Shown one piece after another: positions 45,730 through 58,027 of a stretch of DNA of 64,000 bases; the first letter of the stretch is position 1, and every line of letters starts with the position of its first letter. Both the position numbers and the translations under genes were made by a program. The notes below the pieces were generated by a model that saw only the letters and a program-made list of their open reading frames with translations, searched no databases and had not been told where the DNA came from. The DNA comes from Myxococcota bacterium. GTDB taxonomy: Bacteria > Myxococcota_A > Polyangia > Polyangiales > Sandaracinaceae. The stretch spans positions 1-64,000 of the forward strand of contig JAYZQJ010000022.1 in assembly GCA_036149055.1 (NCBI GenBank), given 5' to 3'.

Positions 45730-45745
45730 TGAGCTGTCGACGAAG

Positions 45746-48196
<2,451 letters not shown>

Positions 48197-48431
48197 AGTC
48201 TCGGCCCTCCGAGGCTGAAGAGTGCACGAACTCTGCGCACTCCGCAACGTCATCCCGGCAAAATCACGGGCCTGGCGTGTCACTCGCCCGTGATTTGGGG
48301 GCCGTGGACCGCGGTCCATGACCCCCAGGTGGTGTTCACTGTCTCCGTTCTGGGGACTCCGAACGATGTGCCCCAGAACGACGAAAGGGACCGGTCTCCC
48401 GGTCCCTCTCTCCGCACGATGCGGGTGGGCT

Positions 48432-49475
48432 TCAGCCCTGGATCGCGGTGGTGGCGCCGAAGGTCAGGCCGACCGAGACCGAGTCGCAGACCGCGGGGTC
48501 CGCCGACGAGGGCTGGACGTCCGCGATGCTCTCGACGATGCCGCGCACGGTGTCCTCGATGCCGGGCATGATCATGGACGCCGCCATGATGATGGACTCG
48601 GTGGTGATGAAGCCGCCGATGGCCCCGTTCGAGAGGCCGCTCTCGCTGATGTCGAAGCGCACCTCGGCGTTCGAGATCTCGAGGGTGAGCGAGAAGTCGC
48701 CGGTGTTGATGGCGATGGGCAGGAGCGGCGTGGTGGCGCGCAGGCGACCCTGGAAGATGTCGCCGTCCACCGCGGCGCCGAGCCCCATCTCCTCGACGAA
48801 GGTCTGGCCCGCGGTGAGCGTGCCGCCGCCGTCGACCATGGGCGGGCCGCCGTCCTGGGTGGCGCCGAGGAAGAGGCGAACGCTCACCTCGGAGTCGTTG
48901 GTGAAGCTGTTGACGCCGCTGACCTCCATGAGGAGGAGCAGGCTGCCGTCGGCGATCTGCTGCTGGAGCTGCGCGTCGAGGCAGCCGTCGGTGGTGCCGC
49001 CGGGGCAGTCCTCGGCGCTGAGCAGGCCCTCGATGGTGCCGACGAGGCCCTGGAGCGCGTTGTCGACGCCGACGTGGTTCGAGTCGGTCACCGACACGTA
49101 GTCGGGCACGAACTCCTCGCAGGTGGCGTCGCTGGTGCTGATGCCCTCACCGGAGTTCAGGTTGTCGAGGTTGAAGCCGGCCGCCTCCGCGGGCGCGCCG
49201 CCGGGGCCATCGGGATCCACCGCCTCGGGGAGCGCGATGACGTTGACGATGAAGGTGTGGGTCTCCGCCTCCATCGACTCGTCGAGCTCGACCGTGCGCG
49301 CCTCGGCGCTCTGCGCGGGCGTGTCCGTCGCGCACGGGGGCTCCTCACCGTCCGCGCAGACCTCGTCGCGCGCCGGGAACTCGTAGCCGTCCACCATGCC
49401 GTCGCCGGTGCCGTCGCCGCAGCCCACGAGCGCCAGCCCGCAGGCCAAAACCAAAGCCAACTTCTTCCAATCCAT
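48432..49475 (-). CDS. Hypothetical acidic lipoprotein
   Basis: AGGAGG RBS; lipobox LVGC; GFNLD..., GVDNAL motifs. Confidence 0.8.
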   Translation of the reverse strand: MDWKKLALVLACGLALVGCGDGTGDGMVDGYEFPARDEVCADGEEPPCATDTPAQSAEARTVELDESMEAETHTFIVNVIALPEAVDPDGPGGAPAEAAGFNLDNLNSGEGISTSDATCEEFVPDYVSVTDSNHVGVDNALQGLVGTIEGLLSAEDCPGGTTDGCLDAQLQQQIADGSLLLLMEVSGVNSFTNDSEVSVRLFLGATQDGGPPMVDGGGTLTAGQTFVEEMGLGAAVDGDIFQGRLRATTPLLPIAINTGDFSLTLEISNAEVRFDISESGLSNGAIGGFITTESIIMAASMIMPGIEDTVRGIVESIADVQPSSADPAVCDSVSVGLTFGATTAIQG

Positions 49476-49652
49476 CCCGTAGCCTCCTGCTCGTCCACCG
49501 AGCGGTATTGGGCCTCCCGACCTGCGGGCGAGGCTGTGTACCACGGCGAATCCGAGCCCTTCAAGCAATCAGACCCTTACAGAATACTCGCTCCGTCAAG
49601 GGCGTCCGGAGCGGTCGTTTGCCTTGCTGCCATTTCGAGCTTGGATTAACTG

Positions 49653-50837
49653 GTGCCGATCGTGAGCCCCGTGCGCCCGCTGCCGCTGACCGCCTGGTCG
49701 ACCGTGAACGCCCTCGGGGCGGACACGCGCGCCGTGCTGGACGCCCTCGACGCCGGGCGATCCGGCCTCGGGCCGTCGCCGCTCGAGGTCACCATGGAGA
49801 CGGTGGTGGGGGCGTACCCGGGGGATCTGCCGCCGCTGCCCCGCGAGTACGCGCCCTACGACACCCGCCTCGCCCGGCTCGGGCTGGCCGCCTTCCGGGA
49901 GATCCAGCCTCAGGTCGACGCGGCGGTGGGCCGCTGGGGCGCCGACCGGGTGGCCATCCTCCTCGGCACGAGCACCGGGGGCCTGGAGGAGACCGAGCAG
50001 GCCTTCCGCGCCTGGCTCGAGCGTCAGAGCATCCCCGAGCAGTACGAGTATCAGCGCCAGCACAACTTCGCGGCGTTCGGCGAAATGCTCGGCTGCATCG
50101 CCGGGATCGAGGGCCCCACCTACGTGGTGAGCACCGCCTGCTCGTCCAGCGGCAAGGTCGCCGCCTCGGCCCAGCGCCTGATCGCCTCCGGGGTGATCGA
50201 CGCGGCCCTGATCGGCGGCATCGACAGCCTCACCCGGATGACGCTGCAGGGCTTTCACAGCCTCGGCATCCTCTCCGGCAAGCCGTGCCGGCCGTTCAGC
50301 CTGGAGCGCGAGGGCATCAACATCGGCGAGGGAGCCGCCTTCACCCTCGTCGAGAGGGAGGGCGACGCCCGGGTGTGCCTGCTCGGGGTGGGCGAGAGCT
50401 CCGACGCCTACCGGATGAGCTCGCCCGAGCCCGAGGGCCGCGGGGCCCGCGAGGCGATGGAGCGGGCGCTCGCCCAGGCCGGCCTGACGCCCGAGGACGT
50501 CGATCACATCAACGCGCACGGCACCGCCACCAAGCTCAACGACGAGGCGGAGGCGATCGCGATCGGCAAGCTCTTCGGCGACCGCGTCCCGGTCAGCTCG
50601 ACCAAGGGCTACACCGGCCATCAGCTCGGCGCGGCCGGCGGGACCGAGATCGTCTTCGCCATCCACGCCATCTTGAGCGGCCGGCTGCCGGCGACCCTCG
50701 GCTGCGACCCCATCGACCCCTCGCTCCAGATCCGGGTCCAGCGCGAGGCGGCGGTGACCCACCCCAAGCGGGTGCTGAGCAACTCGTTCGCGTTCGGCGG
50801 GAGCAACGTCAGCGTGCTGGTGGGGGAGCCCAAGTGA
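49653..50837 (+). CDS. Ketosynthase (aryl-polyene ApeO-like)
   Basis: GTSTGG, STACSSS (catalytic Cys), NAHGT, STKGYTGH, SFAFGG. Confidence 0.9.
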   Translation: MPIVSPVRPLPLTAWSTVNALGADTRAVLDALDAGRSGLGPSPLEVTMETVVGAYPGDLPPLPREYAPYDTRLARLGLAAFREIQPQVDAAVGRWGADRVAILLGTSTGGLEETEQAFRAWLERQSIPEQYEYQRQHNFAAFGEMLGCIAGIEGPTYVVSTACSSSGKVAASAQRLIASGVIDAALIGGIDSLTRMTLQGFHSLGILSGKPCRPFSLEREGINIGEGAAFTLVEREGDARVCLLGVGESSDAYRMSSPEPEGRGAREAMERALAQAGLTPEDVDHINAHGTATKLNDEAEAIAIGKLFGDRVPVSSTKGYTGHQLGAAGGTEIVFAIHAILSGRLPATLGCDPIDPSLQIRVQREAAVTHPKRVLSNSFAFGGSNVSVLVGEPK

Positions 50838-51604
50838 AGCCGATCCACGTCCGCGGCGTGGGCCTCTGGGCCCCCGGGTTCAGCGACGCCACCGCCTGGC
50901 GCGAGGGGCGCCCCGATCCCGAGGTGGACAAGCCCGCCTGCAAGCTGGTCAACGCCCGGCTCGGCCGCGGCTCCAGCCGGTTCGCGAGCATGCTCGGCGA
51001 GGTGGTCGAGCAGGCGGCGGCGCAGGCCGGGGTCGACGTGCGCGCGGTGCCCACCGTCTACGGCTCGAGCCTCGGCGAGATCGAGACGATGGTGACCCTC
51101 CTCCGGATGCTCTACGAGGAGGAAGGCAAGCTCAGCCCCAACCGCTTCAAGAACAGCGTGCACAACGCGGCGAGCGGGCTCGTGTCGATCGGCACGAGCA
51201 ACACCGCGTTCTCGACGGCGATCGCGGGCGGCGACCGCTCGTTCGAGGTCAGCCTGCTCGAGGCCTGGGCGTGGCTCGACCAGGCGGGCGGCGACGTGGT
51301 GCTCGCGGTGGCCGACGACGCCCCGCCCGAGCCGCTCGACCAGCTCGACCAGCACGGGGCGCTCGCGATCGCGCTCTGCCTCTCGGCCGGGCCGGGCCCG
51401 CTGACGATCTCGGGCCTGCGTCGCCAGACCGAGGCGCCGGCGTCCCGGGTGCCGGACGACCTGCGACGCAACTGCGCCTCCGCCGGGCTCGCGCTCGTCG
51501 AGGCGGTGCTGGCGCGCCGGGCCGGCGAGGTGTCCATCTCCTTGCCGGGCCGCGCCGGCATGGCGGTGACGCTCGAGGTTGCGCAGCCCCCCGCGGGCGT
51601 GTAG
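50834..51604 (+). CDS. Ketosynthase chain-length factor (ApeC-like)
   Basis: LSPNRFKNSVHNAASG; short, no catalytic Cys motif; GTGA overlap. Confidence 0.88.
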   Translation: MKPIHVRGVGLWAPGFSDATAWREGRPDPEVDKPACKLVNARLGRGSSRFASMLGEVVEQAAAQAGVDVRAVPTVYGSSLGEIETMVTLLRMLYEEEGKLSPNRFKNSVHNAASGLVSIGTSNTAFSTAIAGGDRSFEVSLLEAWAWLDQAGGDVVLAVADDAPPEPLDQLDQHGALAIALCLSAGPGPLTISGLRRQTEAPASRVPDDLRRNCASAGLALVEAVLARRAGEVSISLPGRAGMAVTLEVAQPPAGV

Positions 51605-51617
51605 CTCAGGCCCTTCG

Positions 51618-52343
51618 ATGAAGGACGTGCGTGCGCTCATCACCGGCGCGAGCCGGGGCATCGGCGCGGCGATCGCCGAGGGGCTCGCCGCCGACGGGTT
51701 CCCCGTGATCCTCAACTACCGCAGCCGCGACGAGGACGCGGAGGCGGTGAAGGCCCGGATCGAGGCGGCCGGCGGCGAGGCGACGCTCGCGAAGTTCGAC
51801 GTCACCGACGCCGGCGCCTGCGAGGCGGCCATCGCGTCGCTGCTCGAGGACCCGCGCCCGATCGGGGTGGTCATCAACAACGCCGGGCTCGCGATCGACA
51901 CGCCCTTTCCGACCATGACCCGCGAGCAGTGGGTGAAGGTCACCCGCACCACCCTCGACGGCTTCTTCCACGTGACCCAGCCGCTCGTGATGCCGATGGT
52001 GCGTCGCCGCTGGGGGCGGATCGTCAACGTCTCCAGCGTCAGCGGCGTGATCGGCAACCGCGGGCAGGTGAACTACAGCGCGGCCAAGGCCGGGCTCATC
52101 GGCGCCACCAAGGCGCTCGCCCAGGAGCTCGCCAAGCGCAAGATCACGGTCAACGCGGTCGCGCCGGGGCCGATCGAGACCGAGATGCTCGATGACGCGC
52201 CGATGGAGCACATCCTCAAGGCGATCCCGATGCGGCGGGTGGGCACGGTCGACGAGGTCGCCCAGACCGTCCGCTTCCTGTGCAGCGACGGCGCCGCCTA
52301 CATCACCGGGCAGGTGATCGGGATCAGCGGCGGGCTCGGGTGA
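51618..52343 (+). CDS. fabG: 3-oxoacyl-ACP reductase (ApeQ/FabG-like)
   Basis: TGASRGIG, NNAG, GNRGQVNYSAAK. Confidence 0.92.
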   Translation: MKDVRALITGASRGIGAAIAEGLAADGFPVILNYRSRDEDAEAVKARIEAAGGEATLAKFDVTDAGACEAAIASLLEDPRPIGVVINNAGLAIDTPFPTMTREQWVKVTRTTLDGFFHVTQPLVMPMVRRRWGRIVNVSSVSGVIGNRGQVNYSAAKAGLIGATKALAQELAKRKITVNAVAPGPIETEMLDDAPMEHILKAIPMRRVGTVDEVAQTVRFLCSDGAAYITGQVIGISGGLG

Positions 52344-53566
52344 GCAAGCGCGTCGTCATCACCGGCGTCGGGCTCGTCACCCCCATCGGCAGCTCGCTCG
52401 ACGCCTGCTCCCGGGCGCTCCGGGAGGACGTGAGCGGGGTGCGCGTCCAGCCGAGCTGGGCGGAGCTCGGGCACCTGGCCACCCGCCTCGGCGGCGAGGT
52501 CGTCGGGGTGAAGATGGCGGGCAAGGACCGCAAGAAGATCCGCTCGATGGGCCGGGTGGCGCGCCTGGCGCTGACCGCGACCGAGCAGGCGATCGCCGAC
52601 GCGGGGCTCGCGCCGGACGACATCGCCGACCTCCGCACCGGGCTCGCCTACGGCTCCACCCACGGCTCGAGCAGCGCCTACGTCGACTTCGCCCGGCCGC
52701 TCCTCGCCCGCGACAGCTTCGAGGGGCTGCCCTCGACCAGCTTCCTCAAGTTCATGAGCCACACCTGCGCGGCGAACCTCGCGCAGTACTACGGCGTGCG
52801 CGGCCGCGTGGTGAGCACCTGCGCGGCCTGTGTGAGCGGCTCGCAGGCGGTCGGGACGGGCTACGAGGCCATCCGGGCCGGGCGGGCCGACGTGATGATC
52901 TGCGGCGGCGCGGAGGAGCTGCACTGGACGCACGCGGGCGTCTTCGACGTGATGTACGCGACCAGCACCCGCTTCAACGACGCCCCGGAGCGCTCCCCCC
53001 GGCCCTTCGACGCGGCGCGCGACGGGCTGGTGGTGGCCGAGGGCGCCGGCACGCTCATCCTCGAGGACCTCGACCGCGCCAGGGCGCGCGGGGCCACCAT
53101 TCACGCCGAGGTGATCGGCTTCGGGGCGAGCTGCGACGGGACCCACGTCACCAACCCCTCGGCCGAGGGCATGGCCTCCGCCATCCGGCTGGGGCTCGAG
53201 GACGCGGGCGTCTCGGCCGAGGACGTGGACTACGTCAACGCGCACGCCACCGCGACCGAGGTCGGCGACCTCGCCGAGAGCGAGGCGATGCACGCGGTGT
53301 TCGGCGACCGGGTCCCGGTCAGCTCGAGCAAGGGCTTCATGGGGCACACCCTCGGCGCGTGCGGGGCGATCGAGGTCGGGCTCTGCGTGGCGATGATGCG
53401 GGACGGCTTCCTCGCCCCGACCAAGAACCTGGCCGAGGTCGACCCGCGCTGCGCGCCCCTCGACCACGTGATCGGCGCGGCCCGGGACGGCCGGCCCCGG
53501 CTGGTGGTCAGCAACAACTTCGCCTTCGGCGGCATCAACACCTCGCTGGTCCTGCGCGCGCTCTGA
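52340..53566 (+). CDS. Ketosynthase (ApeR/FabF-like)
   Basis: MSHTCAAN, AACVSGSQAVG, NAHATAT, GHTLGACG, NNFAFGGINTSL. Confidence 0.92.
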   Translation: MSKRVVITGVGLVTPIGSSLDACSRALREDVSGVRVQPSWAELGHLATRLGGEVVGVKMAGKDRKKIRSMGRVARLALTATEQAIADAGLAPDDIADLRTGLAYGSTHGSSSAYVDFARPLLARDSFEGLPSTSFLKFMSHTCAANLAQYYGVRGRVVSTCAACVSGSQAVGTGYEAIRAGRADVMICGGAEELHWTHAGVFDVMYATSTRFNDAPERSPRPFDAARDGLVVAEGAGTLILEDLDRARARGATIHAEVIGFGASCDGTHVTNPSAEGMASAIRLGLEDAGVSAEDVDYVNAHATATEVGDLAESEAMHAVFGDRVPVSSSKGFMGHTLGACGAIEVGLCVAMMRDGFLAPTKNLAEVDPRCAPLDHVIGAARDGRPRLVVSNNFAFGGINTSLVLRAL

Positions 53567-53611
53567 ACGCTGCTATATTTCGCGCCTGGGTGGGGGCCCG
53601 GAGCTGAATTG

Positions 53612-54817
53612 ATGACGCAGTACGACGTGGCCGTGATCGGGGGAGGTCCGAGCGGCTCGACCGCCGCCCACCTGCTCGCGAAGGCCGGCGCCTCGGTATT
53701 GGTGCTCGAGCGCGAGGTCTTCCCGCGCTTCCACATCGGCGAGTCGCTCCTGCCCTGCAACCTGCCGATCCTCGAGCGGCTCGGGGTGACGATCGAGGGC
53801 GAGGCCTCGCACGTGCGCAAGCTCGGGGCCGAGTTCTTCGACGAGCCGGCCGGCCAGCGCGCCGTCTACTACTTCCGGGACTCGCTCGGCCACACCCGGG
53901 CCCACGCCTGGCAGGTCGACCGGGCGCGCTTCGACCAGGTGCTGCTCGACGCGGCGGAGGCGGCCGGGGCCGAGGTCCACCAGGGCGAGAAGGTGCTCGA
54001 GGTCGCGCTCGAGGACGACGCGGTGCGGGTGGAGACCGAGCGCGGCGCCTACGAGGCCCGCTACCTCATCGACGCGACCGGGCTCGACTCGATCCTGGCC
54101 CGCAAGCACCGGAGCCGGAACCGGCTGCCCTTCGGCATCGCGTCCGTCTTCCAGCACTTCGAGGCGCTCCGCCCCGAGGTCGCCGAGGACATCACCGCCG
54201 AGGGCCTGGTGAAGGTCTTCTTCGTCGACGACGGCTGGCTCTGGGCCATCCCGCTCGGCGACCGCCGGGTGAGCATCGGGCTCGTGACCCGGGCCAAGGG
54301 CATCACCGACGCCTGGCTGGGCGAGGCGATCGCGGCCAGCCCCGAGCTGTCCCGCATCACGGACGGCGCGGTCGCGAGCGGCCCGCCGCGGCGCATCGGG
54401 AGCTTCAGCTTCCGCAACGGTCGCCCGCACGGCGCCCGGTGGTGCTGCGTGGGTGACGCGGCGTGTTTCCTCGACCCGGTGTTCTCGAGCGGGGTCGCCT
54501 TCGGCATGGCCGGGGCCGCGGACGCCGCCGACGTGCTCTCGGCCGCGCTCGCCGAGGGGCGGGAGGCCGATCCGGCCCTGATGGCCGCGCACGACGCCCA
54601 CATGAACGACGGCTACAACGCGTTCGGGGCGCTCATCCAGGCCCTCTACCAGCGCCGGCTCCTGCCCGACCTCCTGTTCACACCCAGCCAGGATCCGGAG
54701 CTCCGGCGCGGGCTCACGAGCATGCTCGCCGGGGACGTCTGGGACGCGGACAACCGCTTCCACGAGATGCTGAAGAAGTCCGGACGGCGCAAATTCGACG
54801 TGACCGCGCCGGCGTGA
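53612..54817 (+). CDS. Flavin-dependent halogenase-like oxidoreductase
   Basis: GGGPSG, FPRFHIGESL, WLWAIP, GDAACFLDPVFSSG. Confidence 0.85.
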   Translation: MTQYDVAVIGGGPSGSTAAHLLAKAGASVLVLEREVFPRFHIGESLLPCNLPILERLGVTIEGEASHVRKLGAEFFDEPAGQRAVYYFRDSLGHTRAHAWQVDRARFDQVLLDAAEAAGAEVHQGEKVLEVALEDDAVRVETERGAYEARYLIDATGLDSILARKHRSRNRLPFGIASVFQHFEALRPEVAEDITAEGLVKVFFVDDGWLWAIPLGDRRVSIGLVTRAKGITDAWLGEAIAASPELSRITDGAVASGPPRRIGSFSFRNGRPHGARWCCVGDAACFLDPVFSSGVAFGMAGAADAADVLSAALAEGREADPALMAAHDAHMNDGYNAFGALIQALYQRRLLPDLLFTPSQDPELRRGLTSMLAGDVWDADNRFHEMLKKSGRRKFDVTAPA

Positions 54818-55008
54818 TCCGGCTTGCTCCCCCGCCCGTTCATGGAACAATCCCGCGCCGGTGTCGCGCCACGCCCCGAGTGTGGACGCCCGGTCACGGG
54901 TCGCGCCCCGAACGCCGGAAGTGGCCAGAAGGGCCAAGTGGAACGAAGTCTGAACGGGACTCCCCGTGGGGCCTACATCCCGGCCGACCCGACGACGAGG
55001 TAGTGAGA

Positions 55009-55266
55009 ATGAAGCTGGAAGAGGAGCTCAAGGAGCTGATCGTCGACGCGCTCATGCTCGAAGACACGAGCGCGACCGAGATCGACAGCGAGGAGCCTTT
55101 GTTCGTGGAGGGCCTGGGGCTCGACTCGATCGACGCGCTCGAGCTGGCGATGGCGATCGACAAGAAGTACGGCGTGCGCATCAAGGCCGACGACGAGGCG
55201 AACAAGCAGATCTTCGCGAACGTGAAGAGCCTCGCCGCCTACGTGGGCCAGCACCGCGCGGCCTGA
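55009..55266 (+). CDS. Acyl carrier protein (ApeE-like)
   Basis: LFVEGLGLDSIDALEL. Confidence 0.93.
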   Translation: MKLEEELKELIVDALMLEDTSATEIDSEEPLFVEGLGLDSIDALELAMAIDKKYGVRIKADDEANKQIFANVKSLAAYVGQHRAA

Positions 55267-55278
55267 GCGTCACGCCCG

Positions 55279-55911
55279 ATGGGCAAGGGGCTCAGGGTCC
55301 TGGTCGGCGTGGTCACCACCACGCTGGTCATGCTCTATCCCCTCGCCATCTGGTTCGGCCTCACCCACTTCAGCGCCCGCACCGTCGGGCTCTGGATCCT
55401 CGCCCTGCTCGTGCCGTCCGCTCTCTACCGCTTCCGCAAGGCGCGCCGCGAGGACGTGCTCGCCGTCTTGCGCGTGCCCCTCGCGGTCGCCGGGGTGGTC
55501 GGCCTCGGCGTGCTCACCGACGACGCGCGCTTCGTGCTCGCCATGCCGGTCCTGGTCAACGCGGTGCTCCTCGTCACCTTCGCGAGCTCGCTGCGCGGCG
55601 TGCCGATGATCGAGCGCTTCGCCCGCATGCAGGAGCCGGAGCTGTCCGACGCGCAGCGCGCCCACTGCCGACAGGTCACCTGGGCGTGGGTGGGCTTCTT
55701 CTTCGTCAACGGGACGATCGCGGCGCTGCTCGCGCTCTTCGCCAGCCGGTTCTGGTGGGCCGCCTACAACGGGGGCATCGCCTACGGCCTGATGGGCGTC
55801 CTGTTCGCGGGCGAGTACGTGCTGCGGCAGTACCGCTTCCGGAAGTACGGCGACGGGCTGCACGATCGGCTCCTGTCCCGCATCCTCCCGCCGCGAGGAG
55901 ACGAAGCGTGA
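55279..55911 (+). CDS. COG4648-type membrane protein (ApeG-like)
   Basis: PMIERFAR, VTWAW..FF..NG, WAAYNGGIAY.LMG.LFAGE. Confidence 0.88.
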   Translation: MGKGLRVLVGVVTTTLVMLYPLAIWFGLTHFSARTVGLWILALLVPSALYRFRKARREDVLAVLRVPLAVAGVVGLGVLTDDARFVLAMPVLVNAVLLVTFASSLRGVPMIERFARMQEPELSDAQRAHCRQVTWAWVGFFFVNGTIAALLALFASRFWWAAYNGGIAYGLMGVLFAGEYVLRQYRFRKYGDGLHDRLLSRILPPRGDEA

Positions 55912-57254
55912 GGCTGCTGACCGAGCACGGACCGGACTCCCCGGTCGCCTGGGCGCGAGGGCGCGTGACGACCGCGGGCGACCTGGTCGCGCACGTGGCC
56001 GGCTTCGCGGAGCTGCTCCCGGTCGCCGAGGACGACGCGGAGATCGTGGTGATCTGCCGCGATCGCTACCGCTTCACCGTGGCGCTGCTGGCCGCCTGGC
56101 AGCGGGGCTACGCGGTGGCGCTGCCGCCGAACCCCCAGCCCGACACGGTGCGCGCGCTGCGGCTCCGGCCGGGCGTGCAGACGGTGGTGCACGACGTCGA
56201 CGGCATCGACAAGGGCATCGACGTCCGGGACGCGGCGGTGGTGACGGCGGCCCGCGAGAAGCTCGGGCGCATGCCCTACGCGGCGCTCGGCCCGTTCCCC
56301 GAGGATCGCCGCCTCGCGACCGTCTACACCTCGGGCAGCACCGGGCACCACGTCGCGTGCCCCAAGACCGCGGGGCAGCTCCTCGGCGAGGCGCGGGTGC
56401 TGGTCGACGCCTTCCGGCTCCAGGGCAGCCGCGTCCTGCCGATGGTGCCCGCGCACCACATCTACGGGCTGCTCTTCGGCGTGCTCGCGCCCCTGACCGG
56501 CGGCGGCTCGTTCTTCCGCTTCAGCCCGCTCCACGCCACCGAGGTCGGCGCGGTGCTCGAGGGCGGCGCCGAGGTCCTGGTGAGCGTGCCGGCCCAGCTC
56601 CGCGGGCTCTGTGTGGCCGAGGAGGGCGAGCTGCCCGCGGTGCCGCGGGTGTTCTCGAGCGGCGCGCCGCTCTCGCCGCGGGTGGCCGCGCAGGTGAAGG
56701 CGCGCTTCGGCTGGACGGTCACCGAGGTCTTCGGCTCGAGCGAGACCGGGGGCATCGGCTGGCGTGACTCCGGCGGCGAGGGCCCGTGGACGCCGCTCCC
56801 GGGCGTGACGGTCGGGGCGCTCGCCGACGGGCGCATGGCGCTGACGTCGCCCTTCCTCCACCCCGACGCGCCGCGCCCCTTCGAGGCCGCCGACCGGATC
56901 GAGGCCCACGCGGACGGCACGTTCGCGCACCTGGGCCGGGCCGACGGCGTGCTCAAGATCGGCGGCGTGCGGGTGTCGCTGGCCGAGATCGAGCGGCGGC
57001 TGCTCGCGATCGACGGCGTGCGCGACGCCGGGGTGCTGGCCCGCGAGGTCGGCGGGGCGCGCGGGCACGAGGTCTGGGTCGCGGTGGTCGCGCCGGAGCT
57101 CACCGCGCGCGCCATCCGGGCGTCGCTCCGCGGCTGGCTCGCGCCGGTGGCGATGCCGCGGCGGCTGCTCCAGGTGGACGCGCTGCCGCGGACCGAGGCC
57201 GGCAAGCTGCCGCGCGCCGCGCTCGAGGCGCTCTTCGACCGAGGGACCGGGTGA
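55908..57254 (+). CDS. AMP-dependent acyl-ACP/CoA synthetase (ApeH-like)
   Basis: YTSGSTG..K, HHIYGLLF, FSSGAPL, FGSSETGGI, GRADG..KIGG.RVSL, LPRTEAGK. Confidence 0.9.
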   Translation: MRLLTEHGPDSPVAWARGRVTTAGDLVAHVAGFAELLPVAEDDAEIVVICRDRYRFTVALLAAWQRGYAVALPPNPQPDTVRALRLRPGVQTVVHDVDGIDKGIDVRDAAVVTAAREKLGRMPYAALGPFPEDRRLATVYTSGSTGHHVACPKTAGQLLGEARVLVDAFRLQGSRVLPMVPAHHIYGLLFGVLAPLTGGGSFFRFSPLHATEVGAVLEGGAEVLVSVPAQLRGLCVAEEGELPAVPRVFSSGAPLSPRVAAQVKARFGWTVTEVFGSSETGGIGWRDSGGEGPWTPLPGVTVGALADGRMALTSPFLHPDAPRPFEAADRIEAHADGTFAHLGRADGVLKIGGVRVSLAEIERRLLAIDGVRDAGVLAREVGGARGHEVWVAVVAPELTARAIRASLRGWLAPVAMPRRLLQVDALPRTEAGKLPRAALEALFDRGTG

Positions 57255-58027
57255 CCGCCCTCGCCCCGCGGCCGGCCTTTCGGCCCTGCGTGCTCGTCCC
57301 GACCTACGACAACCCGCGCACCATTCGCCGGGTGGTCGAGGCGGTCCGCGCGCACCTGCCCGAGGTGGTGGTGGTCGACGACGGCAGCGGGCCCGAGGGG
57401 CGCGAGGCGTGCGCGGCCCTCGCCGCCGACGGGCTCGCCCACGTGCACCACCGGGCGAAGAACGGCGGCAAGGGCGCGGCGGTCAAGACCGGCTTCGAGG
57501 AGGCGCTCCGGCTCGGCTACACCCACGCGCTCCAGGTCGACGCCGACGGACAGCACGCGCTCGAGGACATCCCCCGCTTCCTCGCGGTGGCCGAGGCGCA
57601 CCCGGAGGCGCTGGTGCTCGGCGCGCCGGTCTTCGACGAGAGCGCCCCGACCGCGCGCCAGATCGGGCGCCGCATCACCATCTTCTGGGTGAACCTCGAG
57701 ACCGGCGGCCGCGTGATCCAGGACCCGATGTGCGGCTTCCGCGTCTACCCGCTCGCCGACGCCGCGGCCGTCCGCGCCGCCGGGGACATGATGGACTTCG
57801 ACCCGGAGATCGCCGTGCGGCTCGTCTGGGCCGGGGTCCCGGTGGTCAACCTCCCGACCCGGGTGCGCTACGTGACCGAGGAGGAGGGCGGCGTCAGCCA
57901 CTTCCACGTCTTCCTCGACAACCTGCTGATCAGCTGGATGCACACCCGGCTCTGCGTCGAGAAGATCTTCGGCCGCCTCGCCGGCAAGAAGTACGGCGGC
58001 CGGGTGCTCGAAGCGGACGTCCGATGA
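57251..58027 (+). CDS. Glycosyltransferase family 2 (N-terminal half of ApeJ)
   Basis: VPTYDN, VVDDGS, QVDADGQH, DPMCGFRVYPL, GVSHF. Confidence 0.9.
   Translation: MTALAPRPAFRPCVLVPTYDNPRTIRRVVEAVRAHLPEVVVVDDGSGPEGREACAALAADGLAHVHHRAKNGGKGAAVKTGFEEALRLGYTHALQVDADGQHALEDIPRFLAVAEAHPEALVLGAPVFDESAPTARQIGRRITIFWVNLETGGRVIQDPMCGFRVYPLADAAAVRAAGDMMDFDPEIAVRLVWAGVPVVNLPTRVRYVTEEEGGVSHFHVFLDNLLISWMHTRLCVEKIFGRLAGKKYGGRVLEADVR

Noticed and set aside
49653..53566. Primary fatty-acid synthesis operon
   Set aside because: No fabD, fabH or plsX; the CLF, COG4648, GT2, acyltransferase and LolA-like genes mark an aryl-polyene-type cluster.
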